Source: an uncultured virus (IMG/VR IMGVR_UViG_3300032675_000012) (taxonomy: Duplodnaviria > Heunggongvirae > Uroviricota > Caudoviricetes). From it: 20,000 bases of DNA. Below the pieces are notes generated by a model. That model did not search any database. It was not told the origin of the DNA and saw nothing but the letters and a program-made list of their open reading frames with translations. This document shows, piece by piece, positions 14,666 through 20,000 of the stretch; position 1 is the first letter of the stretch; every line of letters starts with the position of its first letter. The position numbers and the translations under genes were made by a program. The stretch lies in IMG/VR virus record IMGVR_UViG_3300032675_000012; one strand, given 5' to 3'.

Positions 14666-14702
14666 GCACTTCGTAGCACTTCGTAGCACTTCGTAGCACT
14701 TC
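14665..14702. repeat. 10-bp tandem repeat AGCACTTCGT x3.8
   Basis: Seen directly; abuts the -35. Confidence 0.95.
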
Positions 14703-15044
14703 TTAAATCTTATACAGAGCAGAATACCAACTTGTGCATTGCTCGGTATACAAACCCACAGCTTCTAATGCTTCGCTCATCTTATTAATAAGTTCATAAT
14801 TATAATTATCATAACTGAAATAATCACCTACAGATCCACCATCATGACAGATGATTAATTCTGAATGAGTACCATAATCTTCTTTTCGTTCTCTCCATCT
14901 TACAGGAGAATAAAAGGTTGTACATCCACCTGTATCGATTATTTTTTCTTCCATTACTTCCATAATGGTTTTATATGCAAGTTTCCCAACATCGGAAAGG
15001 TGTTCTGGCATTTGAGTATCTTCGGGTGAATAATTATTAAACAT
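14703..15044 (-). CDS. Conserved phage hypothetical protein (DTGGC.TFYSP..W...E.YG...HDGG)
   Basis: ORF track; after cassette. Confidence 0.85.
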   Translation of the reverse strand: MFNNYSPEDTQMPEHLSDVGKLAYKTIMEVMEEKIIDTGGCTTFYSPVRWRERKEDYGTHSELIICHDGGSVGDYFSYDNYNYELINKMSEALEAVGLYTEQCTSWYSALYKI

Positions 15045-15077
15045 TTTATTTTCTCTCTTTTCAATTAAGTATGAGTT

Positions 15078-15106
15078 ATTATAACCTTGTTGCTGGGAAA
15101 TGTCAA
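15078..15106 (-). promoter_or_regulatory. sigma70-type promoter with -35 inside a 12-bp inverted repeat
   Basis: TTGACA-17-TATAAT; inverted repeat arms 15090-15101 and 15109-15120. Confidence 0.85.
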
Positions 15107-15128
15107 GTATTTCCCAGCAAGGGCGTGG

Positions 15129-15782
15129 CTATGCAGTCTCTAACATTAATCGGAATACTTTTTTCATTTTACGTCCATGTTGAGGATAAGCAATAACGTC
15201 TATATCCTTCGAATAACACGCTCTACAGCTCGAACATTTTCCCTCACGGTCATAGGCTTCGCAAACAAAAACACCTGCTGGTGCACTCTCAGCATCCGGA
15301 ATGATTACCGATCCATGAATCCCTGGAGTAAATTCGCCAGTAATTGAATCAGAAGAGAATCTTACCTTAACATTAGGTAAGGCATCCATTTCGGCAATTA
15401 TTTTTGCGAATTTTGCAAATTTACCCATCCTTGTTGGCAACCAATATTGTGTGTTTGGAGTTGCTTTCATTACACTTAATATCTTTTTAGCAAGCTTTAA
15501 AGAATACATATCACCACTATCAAAAAACCTGAACCACTTTGCTTTTTTCATCTCAGCAGTCATATCAGAGACCCATTCAGGACGTCTCCAATCTTCTTTA
15601 TTCTCAGCTCTTGGTTCTTTTACGTTTGGGAATGCATAGTTACCAGTGGTGGCATAACAACCTGAACAAGCTGGAACCAACTCACCGTCCTCGTTTAATG
15701 ATCCAGGGCAAGTTTCAAGAGCTTGTAAGCTCCAACTTTTCACGTTATCAAGTTTAGAAGTTTTAGAAATTCTTACAGTCAT
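15129..15782 (-). CDS. Gp88-like Cys-rich phage protein (radical-SAM-like fold suspected)
   Basis: SKTSK..SWSL, TCPG, CSGCYA, FRFFDSGD, WLPTR and C-terminal C...CxxCxxC. Confidence 0.8.
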   Translation of the reverse strand: MTVRISKTSKLDNVKSWSLQALETCPGSLNEDGELVPACSGCYATTGNYAFPNVKEPRAENKEDWRRPEWVSDMTAEMKKAKWFRFFDSGDMYSLKLAKKILSVMKATPNTQYWLPTRMGKFAKFAKIIAEMDALPNVKVRFSSDSITGEFTPGIHGSVIIPDAESAPAGVFVCEAYDREGKCSSCRACYSKDIDVIAYPQHGRKMKKVFRLMLETA

Positions 15783-15814
15783 TTTAATTCTCTCTCAATT
15801 AATTAGTATAAGAT

Positions 15815-15843
15815 ATTATAACATATTAGGTTTCAAAGGTCAA
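15815..15843 (-). promoter_or_regulatory. sigma70-type promoter cassette
   Basis: TTGACC-17-TATAAT; 15779-15850 is identical to 16263-16334. Confidence 0.85.
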
Positions 15844-15865
15844 GCACTTCGTTGCCAAGTATATC

Positions 15866-16036
15866 CTATAAAATTACTTTTTCAGACAACATGATAAATT
15901 GTTTGAGCCCAAAATCGTCAATAATCCAACCACAAAACGGGTCTGGGGAAGAATAATGATCTTGTGGGTCAATCACCTCATACCATTTTTCTGGGGTGAT
16001 TGACAGGGAGATTGAAGTTGCGGTTTTAACTTTCAT
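15866..16036 (-). CDS. 56-aa hypothetical protein resembling 6289-6477, probable 3' frameshift
   Basis: MKVKT...ITPEKWYEVID...IIDDFG; alternative frame NFIGYTWQRSA* ends at 15840. Confidence 0.65.
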   Translation of the reverse strand: MKVKTATSISLSITPEKWYEVIDPQDHYSSPDPFCGWIIDDFGLKQFIMLSEKVIL

Positions 16037-16266
16037 TAGGTGAAGATGTTGTATTGAGCTTCAAGGTTTGCGAACTCAGCTTCAAGGATGACCATTTGTT
16101 GCTTAGATAAGTTTAGGCGATCTATAAAATAAGCCAGTGAGGTGGTCGCTGCTTCTAAAGTATAAAGATAATTTATATCAGATCCATAAGTGTCGTACTT
16201 AGATCTTTCTTGAGCCACTTTAACAGTTAGATCAACAAGGGCGAAGACGGAATCAGTTTTAATCAT
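16036..16266 (-). CDS. Hypothetical protein
   Basis: ORF track; after cassette. Confidence 0.8.
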   Translation of the reverse strand: MIKTDSVFALVDLTVKVAQERSKYDTYGSDINYLYTLEAATTSLAYFIDRLNLSKQQMVILEAEFANLEAQYNIFT

Positions 16267-16298
16267 TTTAATTCTCTCTCAATTAATTAGTATAAGAT

Positions 16299-16327
16299 AT
16301 TATAACATATTAGGTTTCAAAGGTCAA
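16299..16327 (-). promoter_or_regulatory. sigma70-type promoter cassette
   Basis: TTGACC-17-TATAAT. Confidence 0.85.
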
Positions 16328-16538
16328 GCACTTCTAACGGTCGCTTCGAAAAATAATTCACTTAATTTTTGGATAAGTTCTTCTTTACTTAAATCAATTA
16401 AATAACTATTGTTTTTTCCTCTTAAATTAAGGTAAGTTTTATCTTTTTTCATTGAACTTTCAACTACAAAATGTTCATGTTCACTTAGGAAAAAAGTGAA
16501 CGACCCACCGCCATCACGTGGTAAAGTAATTTTTTCAT
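16324..16538 (-). pseudogene. Gene frameshifted in an A6 run just after its ATG
   Basis: ATG frame gives 17 aa; the 68-codon frame ITLPRDGGGSF...VRSA* (16324-16530) is out of frame with the ATG. Confidence 0.65.
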
Positions 16539-16569
16539 TTTATTTCTCTCTCTTTATTAAGTATAAATT

Positions 16570-16598
16570 ATTATACTAAAGACCCATCCTTAGGTCAA
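16570..16598 (-). promoter_or_regulatory. sigma70-type promoter cassette
   Basis: TTGACC-17-TATAAT. Confidence 0.85.
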
Positions 16599-16609
16599 GC
16601 ACTTTTAGA

Positions 16610-16825
16610 TTAAATTTCTATTAGAAGTTTTCTTATCGCAGAAATTTCTTGGCTATCCCATTCTTTAGAATATTTTTTCTCAGGAAAATGTATAAGGATT
16701 AAATACTGAATATTTTCTAAAGTATATTTTAAGGTATCGATGTTAATTTTACCATCATTATAGTCATCTCCAGCGAAAAGGACTTGAACCAACAAAGAAT
16801 TAAATAAGGCTTGTTTTTTTGACAT
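16610..16825 (-). CDS. Hypothetical protein
   Basis: ORF track; AAGGAGAGAGA RBS. Confidence 0.8.
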   Translation of the reverse strand: MSKKQALFNSLLVQVLFAGDDYNDGKINIDTLKYTLENIQYLILIHFPEKKYSKEWDSQEISAIRKLLIEI

Positions 16826-16855
16826 TTTTCTCTCTCCTTTCTTAAGTTATGATTC

Positions 16856-16884
16856 ATTATACCTTAAAAAAAGAGAGAATACAA
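16856..16884 (-). promoter_or_regulatory. sigma70-type promoter cassette
   Basis: TTGTAT-17-TATAAT. Confidence 0.8.
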
Positions 16885-16893
16885 GCACTTTTT

Positions 16894-17310
16894 TTACCCG
16901 ATGTTTATTGATCGAACAAGTTCCATTCTGTATTCATTATTCGGTCCTTCAAAATATACAATCACATCATCAATTTCAGCACCAATCCGAATGTATTCAA
17001 TATTCAGGTCAGGATAATTAAATGTTGAATTATAAAACAAATCGTCAAAGAAACTTACAGCTGGAAAATCAACATCACCCGAGTACCATTTTTCCCGCGT
17101 CGCCTGAAATAACAATTCATAATAACCATTTTCAGCTACATGAAACAAAGTTTTACCAGTTAAATTAAAAGAATTTTGTTCAAGATCCATTACCTTTAAT
17201 TGTACTTCTTCAGGAAGTTCGGCGAATTTATCTTCATATTCATAACCAAATTCTTCCATTTGGACAGCACCACCGTAAATCCTTACAGCCACGTCAGATA
17301 AATAAGCCAT
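16894..17310 (-). CDS. Conserved phage hypothetical protein (MAY.SDV...KWY...IRIG.E.DD)
   Basis: Motif recognition; AGGAG RBS. Confidence 0.85.
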   Translation of the reverse strand: MAYLSDVAVRIYGGAVQMEEFGYEYEDKFAELPEEVQLKVMDLEQNSFNLTGKTLFHVAENGYYELLFQATREKWYSGDVDFPAVSFFDDLFYNSTFNYPDLNIEYIRIGAEIDDVIVYFEGPNNEYRMELVRSINIG

Positions 17311-17312
17311 AA

Positions 17313-17507
17313 TTAAACTCCTGCAAAGGTATTAGAGATAGAGAAACGTGGAGCATCGCCACCAACGGGTTTACCTCTAGATTCCTTAGCACGACATGTT
17401 GATTTAATTTTAATTTGTTTAGCAGGAACTTCTTTAATTGAATTGCCATTTAGAACGAATTCTAGAGTGTCGTTTAGAAGTTTTTGTCTCAATTCAGTTT
17501 TAGTCAT
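17313..17507 (-). CDS. Small basic hypothetical protein
   Basis: ORF track; start MTKT after cassette. Confidence 0.8.
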   Translation of the reverse strand: MTKTELRQKLLNDTLEFVLNGNSIKEVPAKQIKIKSTCRAKESRGKPVGGDAPRFSISNTFAGV

Positions 17508-17538
17508 TTTTTTCTCTCTCAATTAATTAGTATAAGTT

Positions 17539-17567
17539 ATTATAACCGATGTAGTTTTATAATACAA
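17539..17567 (-). promoter_or_regulatory. sigma70-type promoter cassette
   Basis: TTGTAT-17-TATAAT; 45-bp core identical in four copies. Confidence 0.85.
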
Positions 17568-17575
17568 GCACTTTA

Positions 17576-18013
17576 TTAATATTCTTCGTCTGGATCAAAG
17601 TATTCATCATCTTCGTCCTCAGGCTCCCATGCAGTGTCTATACAAACGTTTCCGAAGTCAAATATACCACTCTCGGCGATTACAGAAAACGGAGCGTAGA
17701 AGTCGTGTACGACGCCATCAGTTACATTTTTTTGATCTTCCTGAGAAATATCTTTAGTTGCGATTATACCTAATAAACCAGCATCTACACCATAAGTATT
17801 GCCTAAATTATCTTGATATTCGCCATCACCATAAGCTGTCATCGCTAAAAAAAACCTACGACCGTCCGATAAATTAAAAGCACCGTTAATTAAATTATTA
17901 CCTTTAATTGTTAAATCGCAAACTTCTTTCCACTCATCATGCATCACATAACTTAGGTCGCCGATATAATATTCGCCAGCAGGAAATTCAGCAGAAACTT
18001 TTTCATATCTCAT
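17576..18013 (-). CDS. Conserved phage hypothetical protein (YYIGDLSYV...TAYGDG.Y...GVDAG.LG), acidic tail
   Basis: Motif recognition. Confidence 0.85.
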   Translation of the reverse strand: MRYEKVSAEFPAGEYYIGDLSYVMHDEWKEVCDLTIKGNNLINGAFNLSDGRRFFLAMTAYGDGEYQDNLGNTYGVDAGLLGIIATKDISQEDQKNVTDGVVHDFYAPFSVIAESGIFDFGNVCIDTAWEPEDEDDEYFDPDEEY

Positions 18014-18044
18014 TTTATTTCTCTCTCTTTATTAAGTATAAGTT

Positions 18045-18073
18045 ATTATAACCGATGTAGTTTTATAATACAA
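18045..18073 (-). promoter_or_regulatory. sigma70-type promoter cassette
   Basis: TTGTAT-17-TATAAT. Confidence 0.85.
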
Positions 18074-18077
18074 GCAC

Positions 18078-18248
18078 TTAATAATATATTATCAAATTAT
18101 TTTCGGTTGGGTCTATTTCTATATCAAAAGCTGGGTCTAATATAACATCCTTTATTCTAGCTTCGCTTATAAATATTTCGTTGTTTAGATCTACACCTTG
18201 GGCTTCCGCTTGTAATAATAAATCTAATAAATCTTTAGCTGTAATCAT
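18078..18248 (-). CDS. 56-aa hypothetical protein
   Basis: MITAKDLLDLLLQAEAQGVDL...; fills the space between two cassettes. Confidence 0.75.
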   Translation of the reverse strand: MITAKDLLDLLLQAEAQGVDLNNEIFISEARIKDVILDPAFDIEIDPTENNLIIYY

Positions 18249-18281
18249 TTTTATTTCTCTCTCAATTAATTAGTATAAGTT

Positions 18282-18310
18282 ATTATAACCGATGTAGTTT
18301 TATAATACAA
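18282..18310 (-). promoter_or_regulatory. sigma70-type promoter cassette
   Basis: TTGTAT-17-TATAAT. Confidence 0.85.
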
Positions 18311-18370
18311 GCACTTTTTTTCTAATGGGACACAAGATTTTTCCCGCGTCCCATCAAGTTAAGTAATAGG

Positions 18371-18670
18371 TTAACATTCTTCTACTTTAGCTTCAACCTT
18401 AAATTTTCTTACCCAATCGTAAATTTGGGAATCGTTAAGTAACTCCATACCTTGAACTATAAATTTAGCGATAGATGAATTTAACTTAGTTTGTTGAGCG
18501 TATTCGGTTGAAATTTCATTTTCATCGTCGTAAACATATAACCATATTCCGTAAGCATCAACAAGTATGGTACCGATATTTTCATCTACGGCATAATAAG
18601 GATCAGAACCATCTTCAAAACTAGAAGCACCTAAATAAGCTTCATCCCAACCTTTAGTAAATTTTATCAT
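18371..18670 (-). CDS. Hypothetical protein
   Basis: ORF track; after cassette. Confidence 0.8.
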   Translation of the reverse strand: MIKFTKGWDEAYLGASSFEDGSDPYYAVDENIGTILVDAYGIWLYVYDDENEISTEYAQQTKLNSSIAKFIVQGMELLNDSQIYDWVRKFKVEAKVEEC

Positions 18671-18701
18671 TTTATTTCTCTCTCTTTATTAAGTATAAGT
18701 T

Positions 18702-18730
18702 ATTATAACCGATGTAGTTTTATAATACAA
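18702..18730 (-). promoter_or_regulatory. sigma70-type promoter cassette
   Basis: TTGTAT-17-TATAAT. Confidence 0.85.
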
Positions 18731-18787
18731 GCACTTTTTTACATTTATTTTTTAATTTTTCCCCCGTCCCATCAAGTTAAGTAAGCA

Positions 18788-19021
18788 CTAAATTGTCGCG
18801 ATTAATTTCCCATTAGGCAAATAACTAATGAATACCTTAGCAGCATTTAATACACCATCAAAACTTTCTGGTGCATAAAATTCAACTTCATAAGCGGCAG
18901 CATACTTTTCTTTATCATAAGTATCTACTAAATCAGCAGATTTTATACGGTCACAGACCCATCCCTCACCTAAGAAAATTAAGGTTTCAATTTCGGCTTT
19001 TGATAAATTTTTAGGATTCAT
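18788..19021 (-). CDS. Hypothetical protein
   Basis: ORF track; after cassette. Confidence 0.8.
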   Translation of the reverse strand: MNPKNLSKAEIETLIFLGEGWVCDRIKSADLVDTYDKEKYAAAYEVEFYAPESFDGVLNAAKVFISYLPNGKLIATI

Positions 19022-19053
19022 TTTATTTCTCTCTCAATTAATTAGTATAAGTT

Positions 19054-19082
19054 ATTATAACTCAGCTGTATTTTAAACACAA
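19054..19082 (-). promoter_or_regulatory. sigma70-type promoter cassette, first of the minus-strand array
   Basis: TTGTGT-17-TATAAT. Confidence 0.8.
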
Positions 19083-19140
19083 GCACTTTTTACATTTATT
19101 TTTTAATTTTTTCCCGCCTCGCATTTTTTAAAAAAAGTGA

Positions 19141-19169
19141 TTGACAAACATGCTCAGATTTTATATAAT
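19141..19169 (+). promoter_or_regulatory. Divergent sigma70 promoter reading into the repeat region
   Basis: TTGACA-17-TATAAT followed by AAGTCATA as in the cassettes. Confidence 0.85.
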
Positions 19170-19283
19170 AAGTCATAATAATAAGAAAGCGGAAAAAACC
19201 GTATGAAGGCTGTGAAGCTGGTCCCCAACTAGCTGGCCACTTCGTTTTAAATTTAAAACTTAATTTACTCATTAATTACTTTC

Positions 19284-19399
19284 CATAAGTAATCACTTAG
19301 ATTACATAAGTAATCACTTAGATTACATAAGTAATCACTTAGATTACATAAGTAATCACTTAGATTACATAAGTAATCACTTAGATTACATAAGTAATC
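19284..19399. repeat. 21-bp tandem repeat CATAAGTAATCACTTAGATTA x5.5
   Basis: Seen directly; perfect copies. Confidence 0.97.
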
Positions 19400-19454
19400 G
19401 GATACTTTGATCGGAAATCCGACGAATTTTTTTACCGAAAGTGCAACAAAGTGC

Positions 19455-19483
19455 TTGACAAATCTTTAGGAATCAGGTATGAT
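19455..19483 (+). promoter_or_regulatory. Plus-strand sigma70 promoter
   Basis: AAGTGCAACAAAGTGC-TTGACA-17-TATGAT. Confidence 0.8.
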
Positions 19484-19592
19484 TAAGGTGTAAATATAAT
19501 GTTTTCTGAGGTTTTCTTGAGGGTAAGTTGCACCTTATAGAAACATGAATTAGTTAGGAGTTAATTAATGGATTGGTATGTCTTTACTTAAC

Positions 19593-19722
19593 ATAAGTAT
19601 TTGGATACTTTGGATAAGTAATCACTTAGATTCCATAAGTAATTCATTAGCTAATAAGTTAGGACTTAGTTACGATAAGTTAGGACTTAGATTCCATAAG
19701 TATTTACATACTTTGAATAAGT
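19593..19722. repeat. Degenerate 21-bp-period ATAAGT array (7 units)
   Basis: ATAAGT at 19593, 19614, 19635, 19654, 19675, 19696 and 19717. Confidence 0.85.
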
Positions 19723-19730
19723 CCTGGATT

Positions 19731-19950
19731 ATAGCGTTTCGGGTTTTGAAAATAGCGAAACAAATAGCGAAGCAAATAGCGTTTCGGCTTCTGCCTCGTC
19801 TTCTGATTATAGCGTTTGCAAATAGCGTTTTCGGTTTTGAAAATAGCGAAACAAATAGCGTTTCGGTTTCGAAATAGCGAAGCAAATAGCGTTTTCCGTT
19901 TTAAGCGGACTTCCTAGCGGACTTCGTAGCGGACTTCGTAAAATAGCGTT
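19731..19950. repeat. ATAGCG-core array (11 copies) plus 12-bp AGCGGACTTC(C/G)T x3
   Basis: Seen directly. Confidence 0.9.
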
Positions 19951-20000
19951 TTCCCCTCTGGGAATTCGGGTTCGAAAATAATGCTTGACGAACTAATGTT

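Noticed and set aside
2722..15757. Other plus-strand ORFs in the track (e.g. 5754, 7039, 8275, 12464, 13936, 15451)
   Set aside because: All lie opposite well-supported minus-strand genes or cassettes
19284..19399. Possible CRISPR array
   Set aside because: Head-to-tail repeats with no spacers; no cas genes in the window
19578..19885. ORFs 19578-19877 (+) and 19670-19885 (-)
   Set aside because: Low-complexity translations of DNA repeats

Overview
AT-rich (about 30% GC) segment of a large dsDNA phage genome, most likely the early or accessory region next to a strand-switch (possible origin or terminus). Almost all genes are short and on the minus strand. About 30 near-consensus sigma70 promoters (TTG-N3/17 bp/TATAAT) drive them, most inside a repeated ~65-bp cassette carrying an AAGTGC box, the promoter and a GAGAGAGA ribosome-binding site. 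Recognisable proteins are two tandem YD-repeat paralogs, an HD-domain alarmone-hydrolase-like protein, a YodL-like protein, an AAA ATPase, a DUF1281/YubB-like protein and a Gp88-like Cys-rich protein. The most striking features are non-coding. (1) A ~450-nt multi-hairpin RNA (9399-9850) has six loops displaying CUCUC(UC), complementary to the phage's own GAGAGAGA RBS. (2) A tRNA region (Thr, Met, chimeric Thr, pseudo-Gln) is interleaved with anticodon-less tRNA-like structures, including a ~164-nt RNA that can fold as two tRNA elbows fused through their anticodon stems. The window ends in divergent promoters and iteron-like repeat arrays. All structures and family calls were made by eye; no searches or folding programs were run.
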